In this document: piece after piece, positions 1 through 12,598 of the stretch
How the letters are laid out: every line of letters starts with the position of its first letter
Numbering within the stretch: position 1 is the first letter of the stretch
Assembly: GCF_006345805.1 (NCBI RefSeq)
Contig: NW_021832531.1
Location: 186,001-250,000, forward strand
Length of the DNA: 64,000 bases
Direction of reading: 5' to 3'
Source of the DNA: Octopus sinensis
Lineage: Eukaryota
Made by a program: the position numbers and the translations under genes
The notes under the pieces: generated by a model
What the model was told of the DNA's origin: nothing
The model's database searches: none
What the model saw: only the letters and a program-made list of their open reading frames with translations

Positions 1-29
1 CAAGTTTATCATTCTTTCGTACATTTTAG

Positions 30-522
30 TTGTCTTAACCCAAAATCACATGTTTTGAGTCTTGATAGTGACATTGCCAATTTAAAACAGTCAATTTCTC
101 AGGCTGAGTTATTGATCCTGCGAATGCTGAGGTTTAAAATTGTATTTAAACAACCACAAGAGGTTATTTGGTCGTAAATTCTATTTTATTAGTATTTTGG
201 TTACTTTTTACTGGCTTTGAAATCCTGGGTTGGAAATAGTGCCTGGAATAGCTCTCACATGGCTTCCACTTCCTGGGCAGTTTTTCAAGACAGTTTTTGT
301 TCGAGTGAGACTGTGGATTTGCCTGCTCCAAATCATGCATTGGCCTGTATTTTTGTTGCTGTAAAATTGACTGAATTTGACCCGTGTCTTAAAGAAGAGT
401 GGTGGATGGTGTCTATTTTGTGGTGAAAATTGCAGGTTTTGTGTCCGGAGTTGCAATCTTCGGCATTGGAGGCTGCAGTTGCATGTGTGGTCAGAGTCTA
501 TCAGATTGAAAATGCCCATTGA
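30..522 (+). CDS. CCNQ: Cyclin Q / cyclin-related protein FAM58A, 3' exons (gene starts before the window)
   Basis: Removing introns 163-192 (30 nt) and 409-435 (27 nt) gives ...QAELLILRMLRFKIVFKQPQEYFGYFLLALKSW...TSWAVFQDSF...NHALACIFVAV...EEWWMVLCPEL...ENAH*. This resembles the FAM58A second cyclin box (ELLMLRVLRFQVSFQHP; AWALLRDSY; KPWW). Confidence 0.75.
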
Positions 523-699
523 TTGGATTTTTATTGTTTTGTTCTTGTTAGATATTGACTTGTTTAATTTAAAAGACAAATTTAAGTAGGAGTTAAGAGA
601 TACGAGTTCTGATTAGAGGGTTTTTAAGGATTTAACATTTTTGATTAGTCGGGCAAAAGAGGATTATAATAAAAATATAAAGCAACTAGCAATTTTATC

Positions 700-1290
700 G
701 ATAAATTGAATCGATTGCCTGTTTATCATTGATTAGTAAGTTACTTTGGTTTTTCTGCCGGCTGCAATCAGGTAGAGAAAAGCAGAGATTGTGTGCTCCC
801 AGAGATCCCAAATCTCAATAGCTAGTGACAGGTAAGGCGGTCCAGGATAAGAGAAAAGGTCTTCAGGGGTGAGGGAGTGGTGTGTTTCAAAAATGAGTGG
901 ATCATGTCATGAGCAAAGATGTGCAAGTGGTCTGAAGAATGGACAGATGGAGGGGAGAATCAAGAAGTTTGTTATTTTTAAGCATCTGGATAGCACGAGA
1001 TAAGATGTAATCATGAACTAGTTTCTTTCAAGTTTTTCCATTTTTCGTTAAGACTATTTTTAAAAGACAACTGCATTGATCGGCCAGAGTAGTAATAATA
1101 TGTCTTTTTTTCTGAAATAGAGATTTTGTGAGATGGATAAGATCATTGATTAAAAATTTAGATGTTGTAATTTTTATCGATTCTTTTTGTATTTTTCAAA
1201 TAATAGTTTTCCTTAACTGGACTAATCTATTTCTATTATTTTTTGAAATAATAAAATGATTTTCTTTTTTAATTTGTTCAAATCTCATGC
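700..1290 (-). other. Possible degraded or spliced coding region, unidentified
   Basis: Higher-GC block with protein-like minus-strand segments (LVHDYILSRAIQMLKNNKLL..., HIFAHDMIHSFLKH..., IEIWDLWEHTISAFLYL) in different frames. I could not build a clean splice model. Confidence 0.2.
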
Positions 1291-1758
1291 CCCAAAAAAA
1301 ACTTCAAAACAAGTCTTAGTATATTTTTATCACCAATTACATTTTATTATGAAAAGATCCATAGACTAACTTTTTATCTTTAAAAAGTCTTCAACGCGCT
1401 AAGCAAAGATAAGTCCTTTAAAATATGTCGCTCTCTACGCTGGCGACTATACTACGCTGGCGACCAGAGCGGCCTTCATTGTTGGGAGGATTGACAGGGT
1501 GACACTAATTACTGACTAAAGATAATTGCTAAAAATTTTAAAAAATTAACATTTTTTATTTCTATTCATATAACTATCTTGGTTTCATTTCGTAATTCGA
1601 TTTAAATCTTAGCAAAGACAGCTAACCATTAATCTGTTATTAGACATTATCTTTGTCCCTATCCCCTTTATTCATATGAGGACTCAAATCTGTGTAACTT
1701 CAATGACGGATTCGTCCCACAATCTTATAAAATTCGAACATAAACTGTTATTATTCAA

Positions 1759-2013
1759 TTATACCTCATTCCTTATTTCAAAATCATATTTTGACTTGTG
1801 TACTCTCATCATTTTATTTATTCTTTTAAAATAAGATGAATTCATGCCTAGGAGAGTAAAATCAAAAATCTCATTGATCGCCGAGTAATGTGTCGTATTA
1901 TAGGAAAAAGTAACTTTGTCTAAAAATTGTTTCCAATATGTAGTTCCTTTTTTATCCATCAGTTTTTGCATAATGTTAAAGCGCTCAATTAAACCCTGAT
2001 TGACAATATCCAA
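1759..2013 (-). mobile_element. Integrase (rve-type, Ginger/Gypsy-like) C-terminal relic
   Basis: NQGLIERFN...W...L..VTFSYNTT.YSA matches the catalytic-E helix and YN..H/TP region of rve integrases. Confidence 0.6.
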
Positions 2014-2737
2014 TTTGACAAAAAATTTTAATTTATTTCCAATTTCTAAAATTGAATGTTAAGTTTTACCAAAAGCAGATTTCTTTTTAAGGATTTTCAG
2101 ACTACAAATTAGCTCTAGCTGGAATCTTTTATTTGTACTTCTTGTCGTTATATGGTATTTAGAATTGGATACCTAAGTATATTTATTCAAAAATACTTTT
2201 AATGGCCGAGCAAATTTACAAATTTCGCGGTTTTTTTTATAATTTGTTCGATAATAGGACGTTTCACAATAAAATAAAATTCACTGCACTTCTTATGAAT
2301 CTTTAGTATTCCCTAGTGGCATTCTTGGTGAATAGAAAACAACAATGAATCAATCTAACTAACTTCATTTCAACCACAGATCGAACTAAAACTAACAAAT
2401 CTCGTTATGTTATGTCTTGACTTAATTCTGGTTATCATTTTGAAAAATATGTCAAAGGACCATCATTGTTCTTTTAAACTATTAGATCAAAGCAAAATTA
2501 ATTTCAACAATTTGGATAAAATATGTAATTTATCATATTTTCAAACCTGGGAAAACTGATAGAAATATTTTCCTAACTATTTCTCAACAGAACTACACAA
2601 TAATACATCTGACAACTCGTGATTCGAGTTTGAAAATAGTTTTGACTTTTTGTATACAGAACTTGGTTCAGACTAACAATCAACACAAGTCAAGCTAGCC
2701 AACATTCAAGTCTATCTATACCATTTTCAGTTCAAGT

Positions 2738-3305
2738 TTGACATTTTTTGCACCAATTTTGACAATGCGATATTCAAACTTGACAATGCGACATTCAATT
2801 TTGACACTTTTTGCATCAATTTTGACAATGCAACATTCAATTTTGACAATTGTGGAGTCATCTGGAGTCTTCGGTCCGGAATCAATCTCTTTCATTAGGA
2901 AACTTGGATCCCTGATCTCGGTTCAGACGAAAGATAGAAGGGAGACCGAATGGCTGTTTCAACGCCTTTCAACAACCGTTGTCAGGGGTAATAGCCACGC
3001 TATCCTTTCTGCTCTTAAGCAACCTTAATTAACTTATATTTTCTTTTCAAATAAATATCATTTTATTTTGACAATGCAATAAGCAATATTGACATTTTTT
3101 GCATCAATTTTGACAATGCAACATTCAATTTTGACAATGCAATAAGCAATATTGACATTTTTTGCATCAATTTTGACAATGCAACATTCAATTTTGACAA
3201 TGCAATAAGCAATATTGACATTTTTTACATCGGTTTTGACAATGCGATATTCAAATTTGACAATGCGACATTCAATTTTGACACTTTTTACATCAATTTT
3301 GACTT
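2738..3305. repeat. 21-bp TTGACA-headed repeat array with a 63-bp higher-order unit, forming the amplified left end of the IS630/Tc1-like element
   Basis: Unit types ttgacattttttgcatcaatt, ttgacaatgcaacattcaatt, ttgacaatgcaataagcaata and ttgacaatgcgatattcaaat. The same units occur inverted at ~5190-5276. A CRE fragment interrupts the array at 2851-3064. Confidence 0.9.
2851..3064 (+). mobile_element. 5'-truncated CRE-clade non-LTR retrotransposon 3' end (RLE C-terminus)
   Basis: VESSGVFGPESISFIRKLG...RETEWLFQRLSTTVVRGNSHAIL*. Flanked by ATTTTGACAAT at 2840-2850 and 3065-3075; this TSD call is ambiguous because the target is repetitive. Confidence 0.85.
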
Positions 3306-5276
3306 TTGCCGATTTGTCATTTATTTTACATTTTCTGATTCGCCGTCCCTGTACGAATTTTATGTCAAGAAAAAATTCAAGAGTGTCAGAAGCTACAAGA
3401 AGAGCACTTATAAATAAGGATGAAGAGGGCGGTGATTATATACAGCTTGCTCGCGATCTTGGTGTCAAGAGGACAACAGCTATAGCCATTGTAAAAAGTG
3501 GAAATCCGTATCTTTGTAAACGTGGAGGTAGAAGGGATGCTACGATAAAACTTACGGATGATGATATGAATTTGATAATTGAAACAATTGAGAATAATCC
3601 ATCGATAACATTGAAGGAATTACGAAAATTGGTAAATAATAAAGTTTGTATTGCGACAATATATAACCGACTTGATGGGCGATTGATTACCTACAAATGC
3701 TGCGAAGAGAACCAATTTCTAGGAATAGTCCGGAAAATATAGAAAAAAGAAAAATATTTTCATTGGATTATCAACGTAATACAAATAGAAAAATACATTT
3801 GGACGAAACAAATTTTAATCTTTTTACGTTAAAAAAATTCGGCCGATCCTTTACAGCAGGCCTGGCCAACCCAAATCGCATCGCGGGCCACTTTGTCCAA
3901 ATGAATCCTTTCCGCGGGCCGCATATACATGTACATACTAAGGATAGATATCAAAACAACACAGATAAGATTTTATTTAGTAAAATAGCATTCAGTCCAA
4001 TTATACGTATCAATGAGAAATCTGTTTTCTTTATCTTCACTTAATTTTCCATCCGAAAATGATTTCATTCTCTTTGAAATTATCATTGCAACAGAGTAGC
4101 TTGCTTTAACAGTATCAGAAGAAGAGTGTATCGATGAATTAATAGTCTTTGCTGATTTCTCAATTCAGATTTAAGCGAATCCAGTTTCCTTGTTTTCAAT
4201 TCCTTACTAAATTTCGCGTATTCGGAATGCTTTGTTTCATAATGTCTTCTTACATTGTACTCTTTCACCACCGATACTTCTCCTTGCAAATTAAACATGT
4301 TGGCTTGGAATTATGCATTATAAAAAAGTAATCTTCTTCCCAATGATTGGTGAATTGCCTGTTTTCTTCAAAAATTTCCTTTTCTTCATATTGATAACAG
4401 CTACAAAAATAGATAAACTTTAAAATTTATTAAACTTATAAAATTTATCTTTATTTATTAAACTTAAGAAAAATTATCTTGAATGTATTTATAGGTTAAC
4501 TACATACAAAATTTCTCTCGCGGGCCGCACCAAACTCTATCGCGGGCCGCATGCGGCCGCGGGCCTTGGGTTGGCCAGCCCTGCTTTACAGGATCACGTG
4601 CGATAGTTCCAGTAAGGGCGAGCAAAGGAGTGAATCTTAACGTTATTTTGGCAATTGATGACAATGGAACAATTGTGAGATTTGAATCACACATTGGATC
4701 TATAAAATCGAAATTTTGCAATTTTATGACGGCATTATCGGACAGTTTAGCTAGAGAGGAAATTATTATTTATATGGATAATGCTCCAATCCATAAAAAA
4801 CAAGGAAATTTTGAAGGCGTGAGAGTATAACATACAATTCGAAGATTTGATGCACCATATTCTCCGCAGCTAAATCCATGCGAAGACTGTTTTTCGATTA
4901 TCAAGGCTGGGATTAAGACATATTTATCCAATCACAATAATCCTCATAACGATGTTCATGCAGCAGGAAATGGAACGCTGACGGAATTTCGAGCACTATT
5001 ATTACAAAATGCCTTAGAATATTCTATGACAAATCTAACTTGCGAGAAAATACGGAATTTTTACAGAAATGCAGAAAAAATTATTGCGAATTGTACGATT
5101 GGGATTCCATTAACCTGACCTGATTAATAAATTGTCTTTATTAACTCTTAACTCTCATCTTGATTTAGCCGCATAGAAAAGTCCTTATGTGTGTCAAAAT
5201 TGATCTAAAAAATGTCAAAATTGAATATCGCATTGTCAAAACCGATTTAAAAAATGTCAATATTGCTTATTGCATT
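3065..5276 (+). mobile_element. IS630/Tc1-type DD34E transposon, defective; transposase ~3362-5118 split by a hAT insertion
   Basis: N-terminal HTH region, then HLDETNFN, YMDNAPIH and YSPQLNPCE, with 34 residues between D2 and E including one TAA. Removing 3857-4583 plus one TSD copy restores FGRSFT|GSRAIVP...GVNLNVILAI. Frameshift near 3700. Inverted 21-bp-unit ends. Confidence 0.85.
3857..4583 (-). mobile_element. hAT (Buster/Charlie-type) internal-deletion element
   Basis: TIRs CAGGCCTGGCCAACC / GGTTGGCCAGCCCTG. Perfect 8-bp TSD CTTTACAG (3849-3856, 4584-4591). Remnant VSVVKEYNVRRHYETKH is a GTF2IRD2/SPIN-like N-terminus. Confidence 0.92.
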
Positions 5277-5829
5277 CATCCACTCATCATTTCTCGAAAT
5301 CCCGATAGTCGTCATCATCCACTCATAAGCTGGAAACTTGTTTATTGGCCATCAAAATCAACTAGAATATAACAGTTCCTAATCAACAAAAACATAAAAA
5401 TATCTTCCAAAAACAAGAAATTCTAACTTTTCTTAATAAAATTCTAATTTTATACTAAAATTAATAATCATGGGACTTGCATTAAATTCTGACTCCAAAT
5501 CGAATAAATCACAACTTGTTATTTCAGAAAACGATAAATAATTATATTAAATTCATTTAATACATCGAATAACTAATACAAATGCTTTTCAGTCGAAAAA
5601 GTCGAAAAACTAAGAAAAATTGAAATTCTCGACGCCCTACCTAGATAAAACAGTAAATTATTGCAGTCAATAACACAACCAATATGGTAAAATCAAAGAA
5701 AAATCAACAAAACACTTTTCAAATTCATCTTCGTCAAAATCGTCCGATTCAAATTTGTATTGGCTTTCAAGTCTCCAGTAAAGAATAAAAATTCCGAAAA
5801 GTGTTATAATTAGTTTAATTTTCAAATAA

Positions 5830-6631
5830 ACTATGTGTTATTAAGCAGTATGAAAAATTATAAATAAATATTAAATAGCTTTTTCACGTGGACATGCTCA
5901 ACTTTGTACTACCAGTATCTGTCTTCAGAAGAGGATGTTAGTTTTTATATATTTATATTAGATTTAAAATTTCATTACCCTTATTCGCACAAAAAATTCA
6001 CTCTACAATCACATGTTCAGTATAAAATCAATTTCAAATAGATATCAGGAGAATCCTTCCGAATATACGTTAAAAAACAAGAAAAAGACAATACTAATTC
6101 AATATTTGAGTTTGCTAAACAATTTGAAGCAGCCATATTCTTCATTCGTGATGTACTGAATATTTTTCAATTCCAGGAGGCATATAAATCTGGGATGCCG
6201 AAATTGTGCAAAAATTCATTCGAAATATTCTGCAAAATCCAGGAAGATCAGAATCTGAAAACTGAGCCAGACAAATATTTAGAAATGTTTGAATCTCTCT
6301 CTACTCATGAAAGACATGTATTTCCCATTTTATTTTACGTACAGCTGCTTTCAGAAATATGTTTGAAACATTCCTCTCGATGTGGGATAAAAACAAATAA
6401 TTGGAGATCTATTATGATTCGAACGGAAAAATATCATTTCAGTTCAATTCTGACCTCAAATGTCTAGTTGAGTCTCATTTACTCTCACTTTCTCAAATCG
6501 AGAAGAAAGTCTTTAAGTTGAGGGAATACTTTAGCGGAATCCGTAAATTTACCGACTTTGAAGCCTTTGTTATTTCAAACTGCAATGCTCTGCGGTGTAC
6601 TACTCACGTTGTAGTGGGTAGAATATTTTAG
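5830..6631 (+). CDS. Hypothetical spliced protein (orphan); boundaries approximate
   Basis: Successive short GT-AG introns (e.g. gttcagtataaaatcaatttcaaatag, gtactgaatatttttcaattccag, gtatttcccattttattttacgtacag) join one frame: ...LKFHYPYSHKKFTLQSH|ISGESFRIYVKKQEKD...FFIRD|EAYKSGMPKLCKNSFEIF...THERH|LLSEICL. No family recognised. Confidence 0.5.
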
Positions 6632-7572
6632 ATTTTTTTCCAATCTTATCGTTTTTGGAAACATGCAACTCCAAAAGATCGGGAGGTTTTGATCTGTTTA
6701 TATTTTTTTAGGATTTTGCTCGGTACGCCAGGATTCTTAATTTATAGCTCCAATTTACTTTGTAAACTATTTTTATCTTTTCTATTTTCTGAGTTTTTTT
6801 TTTAATTTTGAGTAATTTATTTGTTTTGCAGCCAAGTAAAAATAACTTGTATCATCAAATCGGTTTTTTTGAAAATAAATTGATGTTTCGTTTTTAATAA
6901 ATTTAATGCATTTTATAATTTTTTCTTAATACGAATCTTACCGATGACATGGATATGCAAACATAGTTATGAATAAAATTTTTCATCACGTTTTACAAAT
7001 CTAAGAGCAAAATATTTATACAGTGAATACTCCCAAATTCGCCATTTTTGGTTTTGTCATTTTTTGCGGCGAATTTGAAAAATGGCGAATTCCAGAATAT
7101 AATCAATAATTTTTGAATGCGAGTAGAACTGTTTAATAATTCGAAAATAGCCAAAATTGACGTAATTGAAAAAATTAATTTTATTTTAACAAAGAATTAT
7201 GCTTTTTATCAAAGTAATATTCCAGTCCCGTTTGTTTTCTCTTTATATTTTGATTTTTTTCCTCAAATCTTCGAATTGAAATAATTAGACGCACATCTTC
7301 GTTTTCGACAATTTCGATTAGTGATTTCTCAATTTCTCTTTATTTTACACCAATCTCATTTCTAGTGAAATGAACTATTGTTTGTTCATTTAAAGGAAAA
7401 TTTTTATCTGCAGATTGTTTTTCATAATCTTCATTATCGAAATTACTTTCTTCGCTAATTGCAAATTTTTTATAAGCGTATTAAATTGCATTTTTTTCTA
7501 AATAATTTATAGAAATGAATTCTTCAATTTGAATAGGATCATAAATATCTGTTTTAATTATCATTCATCAAT

Positions 7573-8383
7573 CGAAAATTTTTTTAAACAACTAACAATT
7601 AACACCGAAAATCGTTAAGTTCCAGCGGCGAGGACGCATTGTGCGTTGCCCTGAACAATGGCCAGGCCGATGCGCTGGCGGAACCAGAGGCTCTCTCTCG
7701 AGTCCTCGAGCCTCCTCCCGATGGACTGCCCGACCTCTTTGAGGAACGAGTCAGTCTCCTTTCCTGCAACTCCAGCGGTCTCCAGGGCGATTGCCGTTAC
7801 GCGGTAGCGGTCCGCGAGCGAAGAATATTTGTGTATTTGATCTTTTCGGCGTGGTTTGCAGCCGAACAAGGTTTGCCGCAGAAGAATGGATCCTCGATTT
7901 CGAAAAGGTATCCATAACGGTGACATCCCATACAAGGGCCTTCCCGACGAGTACGGGAATATTGTCATCCCGTCAGGCCTTTTGCCATCTCCCCGATCGA
8001 GTCCGACCGGTTCGAGGAGGCACGAATGGCCCGCCATTTCGAGACCGGCCTTCACGATTTCATTGAGGGCCTTGTGTCTGTGTTCCCTGCCTGCGCTCCT
8101 CTTGCAGGAAAGTGGGTGCAGTCCCTTTTCGTCAACGTCCTCACCGCATCTGCAGCGGGTTTTGCACAAATATCCAGGCCGAGACGGTGAGCCACTCCGA
8201 TGCGTATGGCAGCATCGTCTAGCCATATCCCGATGCTGGAGAGAGGAAGAGCATTCAGCCAGCTGCCAGAGTGAGGGGCGGATGCCGCACGAAGGCATGC
8301 CAGGCGGTGTTGATCAAGGGTTGCCGAGAGCTCAGACACACGCGCTCGGCATGCAATAGAGTCCCAGGCACGTTGGGAGGAGA
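7573..8383 (-). mobile_element. 5'-truncated CRE-clade retrotransposon (zinc knuckle + RLE)
   Basis: CRCGEDVDEKGLHPLSC...RHKALNE, RPDGMT, AIALETAG, FRQRIGLAIVQGNA. 10-bp TSD ATTCATCAAT (7563-7572, 8384-8393). A-rich 3' tail. Confidence 0.92.
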
Positions 8384-8767
8384 ATTCATCAATTAAATTT
8401 TTATCTGTAGATTGTTCATCAAAATCTATTTTTTTCAGTTTTTTGAAGTAATTTTCAATAGTTTTTGAGCATACGTTTTCCCAAGACATTTTTATAAAAA
8501 AACAATGTCCTCAAGATTTAAATGTTTATAGGATTCATAAACCGAAACTTTGTCAGTTTCCCAAATTTTAGTGAGATAAGTAATTGGTGCCTATTAAAGT
8601 GCACTTTAAATGTTTTGATAATTCCCAAGTCCATTGGTTGAATTATTCTTGTTGCATTTTTAGGAAAGAACATAATTTTTATATTTTCAAGATACAATGA
8701 GAAGTACAATTACCGATCAAAATTGACTTTTTTCCTTCGTCAAAAAGTTGTCAAAATTAATCAGCTA

Positions 8768-9156
8768 CACTAGGTGCAAAAAAAAAACCGTTTTTTTAAA
8801 TACGGCATATTTTGCAAGATAACCGTGATTTTTCTTTGTCGATATTTGTTTAGTGGTCCAATTTAACGCATTCAAGCCTAGAATCTTTCCTTTTGTTATT
8901 ACATCAAGCATTCGTAATTTTATCGAGGGTAAAATTCTAAAAAAAGTAAATGTCACACTCACCAGAATAAACGGTTTTTTATTGCGCTCGTGTAATTAAA
9001 ATTTTTAATTTAGACATATAACACAATACAAAAAAAATATAACAAAATTGATTTAGGGTTAATTTAATGATCCCTTTCGATATCGAAAGAAAGAAAAATC
9101 ACGGTATCTTTGCAAAATATGCCGTATTTAAAAAAACGGTTTTTTTTGCACCAGTG
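8768..9156. mobile_element. TA-flanked MITE with ~65-70-bp TIRs
   Basis: CACT(A)GGTGCAAAAAAAACCGTTTTTTTAAATACGGCATATTTTGCAA...CCGTGATTTTTCTTT mirrored at the right end; TA on both sides; no ORF. Confidence 0.88.
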
Positions 9157-9719
9157 TATTTACTAAAAATTTGGCCGTCATCCAAGCTCTTTTTGAACTG
9201 TAATATAAAACAGAGCATTGATAGTCGTAATTTTTGAAACATCTTAACATCTTTGAGTTTCCAATTAAAACAGGCTTTAGTTTGTGATTATTTGCACAAC
9301 AACATTACAGATACCCGATCCTAAATCTTATATATCGTCCAAACTGAGTCTTGTGCAAATACTTTTAGGTGGAATTAGTTTGTAGAAAATCCCTGTTTCA
9401 TCAAAGTTATAAATTTCATCGAGAGTATAGGACTTGGATAAATTTTGAAATTCATTTAAAAATCTTCAATGTTAACTTTTTTATCAGTTTTCATCTGCCC
9501 ATGCAATTTTTCAGACGGAATTTATGCCTTTTTTAAACTTGAACAAGAACTTTTTAAAAATGTATTATTTATCCATATTTTTTTATTTTTTATCTAAAAA
9601 TTTTAAAAAATTGTGGCGACTCTAAGAATTGGCGAATTTAAGAATGGCGAATTTTGGGGTATTCACTGTATACTAATTTCCCAGATGACAATACAAAGTT
9701 AATTCTTAGAAAGTCAAAA

Positions 9720-11008
9720 TAAGGTTGTTGATCGATTCAGGCTGCCGTGGACCTGGGGATCAGTCCGACAACGCAATGCGAATCGAAAGGCAGTTCCAGC
9801 GTATAATAGACACCAAGACGCGCTGAAAGAGTGAAAGAGCTAGCTCGCCTCTTTCCGGTCATTTGTCTTCAAGGCGATTTTCTCGCCGAGAATTCGTAAC
9901 AACTTTTCTGTTCGACCTCTTCCTCTACTCCGCAAGCGCGTAAGCATATCCTGAAAAACGTGCTGTCCAGGGCAACAGCGTCTCGGAAAAAGAATCCACA
10001 TAGGTCACGCCCCAAACGAGTGACTTACCTCTCTTGGAAAAGAACGTAGTCATCCCGTCAGGATGTTTCCCGTCATTTTGAAGTCCAACCGGTTCCAGGG
10101 TAGACTGGAATCTGGCGGAATCCAAAGCCCTCTTCATGCCATCATTGAAAAGTGCATGGCGCGGGAAACGGCCATTTTTTGAAATCATCAAACCACACCG
10201 ACAACGGTGCGGTTGGCATATGTCCAATCCCAGTGCAAACACACGCTGATACGGACGGCTTTGTCCTCCAAGAGCAGACCATTAGACGCCAGTGGGAGAG
10301 CATTTAACCAATTTCCAGCATGAGGCTGGCAGGCGCAGTTCAGGACGCCAACTTCATCTGGTCGGCTTGCTAGCAAAAACGTTCCACTAAATCTGAACAC
10401 CTAATGCCATTCCAACTCTTCTGTATTGAAGGAATTTCGGAGAGGTCAAGTCCGAGCGATCTCCATTCGTGAACAGCAGCTGGATATTCCGATAGCTCGC
10501 AGAGTTCGAGTGTGTTATTGAGAACAAGAAAACGAAATTTCCAGAAGCAGACATCAAGGAGAGATAGCAAGGCAAAACAAGATCTGCACAAAAACGAACC
10601 TCAATTCCCCAAAGCGGAGTGAGAGCGCAGCACGAGAGCGACCAACTTCAGTGAACAAAGAATTTAGGAGCTGTAACGACACAGCAACAACGTCATCCAA
10701 AGCTAGAAGTTGCTCATTCGAACAGAAACACTGTATGTACGGAGTAGATAAGTCAGACGCGGGATGTATAAAAAAAATCTTGAGAAAAAACACCTCCAAA
10801 TGAGACCAAAAATCTTTCCACATTGCGAGGCGATGGCCTTCGCAGGTCCCTTGTCACAAATTGGGGAACCCAAAATCACAAGATCATCAAGAGCGGCTAT
10901 AAGTAAACCATCAATCCTCATCGAAATGGCCAAAAAAGCAACACTCCTGGGCGTTAGTGGCACCGAAAGTCCAGATACTTCACATTTCGCGGCATTTAGC
11001 AAATTCAA
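9720..11008 (-). mobile_element. CRE-clade retrotransposon, RT C-terminus to RLE, frameshifted
   Basis: LNAAKCEV...LGSPI...IPRLTYLLRT; PHAGNWLNALP; ICQPHRCRCG...RH..FND; KHPDGMT; FQRVLVSII. Confidence 0.88.
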
Positions 11009-11011
11009 ATA

Positions 11012-11830
11012 CAGTAAAGTCTCTCGAATCCGCCAATTTCGGGGATCGGCAAAATCTGGCGCATTCGAGAGACTTATCGATTTTTAATCCATAAAAAATT
11101 TAAATTATTAAGCCAAACAAAATAATTAAAACCAAAATAATCAGTAAGTTTCGACTTGTTTCTTTTTCGAGTTTGGATCATTGAAGATCCAACGTTTTCA
11201 ATATACTCAAAATTTTTTTATTAAAGAATTCTTCTTGATTATAGAACTCTTTTAATTTGTTTAAAGCGATAAAAGCCTCATTAATAGTAACAACTTTCTG
11301 ACTTTGTTCACACGGTTCTTCGCTAATTTCTTGTTCTATTTTTTCTGAATTATTTAATTCAAGTTCTTCACTTTCGTTATATTCAATCTCAATATAAAGA
11401 CTGTCTTCTAATGGATCAATAATATCCATTTTTCTCAGAATATGGTCATAATTTTCAATTAAGGGATTTTCATAATTAATATTTTCATTATTTTGAGTCC
11501 ATTTTGCATGAGTGAAACAATTTAAATTTAAGAACTTTCTATTTTGTTCCAAGCATAATATGTGAATAATATTTAATCTTTTATGCTTAGTTATTTGTGT
11601 GCAACATAGGGCTTTGTCCCAGCTTCAATTTTTTGAATTATATTAGAAAATTTTAGAGAATTAAAAATTCTGCTATCCATCAATGCTCTCTTTGAATTTG
11701 AATATATAACATATTTTTTAATATCAAAATTCTTGAAACATCTTGGATTTTTAAACAACACAATTAGTAAGTTGAATTGACCCAAGCAATAGTATTATCA
11801 TCGATTTCAGCGAACTTTAAATATTGTTTG
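11012..11830 (-). mobile_element. pogo/Tigger relic, one end retained
   Basis: TA|CAGTAAAGTCTCTCGAATCCGCC terminus with internal hairpin aagtctctcgaat...attcgagagactt. Remnants LIVLFKNPRCFKNF...YSNSKRALM and an acidic C-terminus (11178-11552). Confidence 0.75.
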
Positions 11831-12598
11831 CGGGAAATGTCAGATCTTAGGCTATGAAACATAATGTTAGATCTTCTTTTACTTTTAAGATCATCAATAG
11901 ATCGGCGAGAAACAGACAAGTATACCGAAGAGCTGGACGACTTCTATTCGACCCTCACGAGTGTATACAGCTCGCTTTCCGCTTCTTACCTCGTCTTTGT
12001 TGCCGGAGACTGGAACGCTAGAGCTGGAATTGCAAAACCTGGGGAAACATGCATTGGAGCCCATGGACGAAACCGCCGCAACCTCCCCGGAGAATCCATG
12101 ATACAATTTTACACGGCGTACAACTTACTCTTATTTAATACTTGCTTCAACCATTCGGCAAGGCATAAAACCATCTGGTCTGGGTTTAGAAAAGATAAAC
12201 TTGGAAATACCATTCTGATTTATAACCAGATAGACTATATTCTTTGCAGGCACCATCAAAAGGCCCTTCTGAAAAACTCGAGGTCATATGGTGGGCTTGA
12301 AACCAGCAGCGATCATAAACTTGTTGTGACTCAGTTAATGCTGTACAGAATCCATGGAATACGTGGAAAGCTCAAAGGCACTGCCCCAGTACGATACGAT
12401 ACGGAGAGGCTTGGATACGAAGAGTCCACCAAGCTTCGATATTGTACGATCCTGAAAATAGCATCGACTGTATCGACCAAAATCAACCAGCTGGGAGAAA
12501 ACAGTTACCGCAATACTGTATCGAGACTTACAGAACACGGCACAAGGGAGACTTAATTAACTTTATGTTTTCTTGAAAGTGCTCTTAATAATAATAAT
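11830..12598 (+). mobile_element. RTE-like LINE derivative: APE endonuclease joined to a 3' (TAA)n tail
   Basis: AGDWNARAG, LFNTCF, NQIDYIL and SDHKLVV are APE motifs. The 3' end ttatgtt...agtgct...taataataat resembles the tail at 21440-21497. Confidence 0.8.

Larger units (their letters stand above)
7021..9668 (-). mobile_element. pogo/Tigger DNA transposon, defective, hosting a CRE insertion and a MITE
   Basis: TIRs CAGTGAATACTCCCAAATTCGCCATT and its reverse complement, flanked by TA. DDE_1 motif FFPKNATRIIQPMDLGIIKTFK at 8518-8709; acidic C-terminus at ~7150-7560. Confidence 0.88.

Noticed and set aside
1430-1504. Ginger terminus (GTGACA) with a ctacgctggcgac direct repeat belonging to the integrase relic at 1759-2013
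   Set aside because: The orientation places the element to the left, away from the integrase. No partner TIR or TSD found.
2738-3305. CRISPR-like array, or bacterial -35 (TTGACA) promoters
   Set aside because: The units are contiguous with no unique spacers, there are no cas genes, the context is eukaryotic, and the same units form the inverted end of a transposon.
7639-8359. Plus-strand ORFs 7639-7917, 7791-8066 and 7856-8359, and similar overlapping ORF-track calls
   Set aside because: These are antisense shadows of GC-rich CRE coding sequence. Many other 60-130-aa ORFs are shadows or exon-plus-intron read-throughs of the genes listed.
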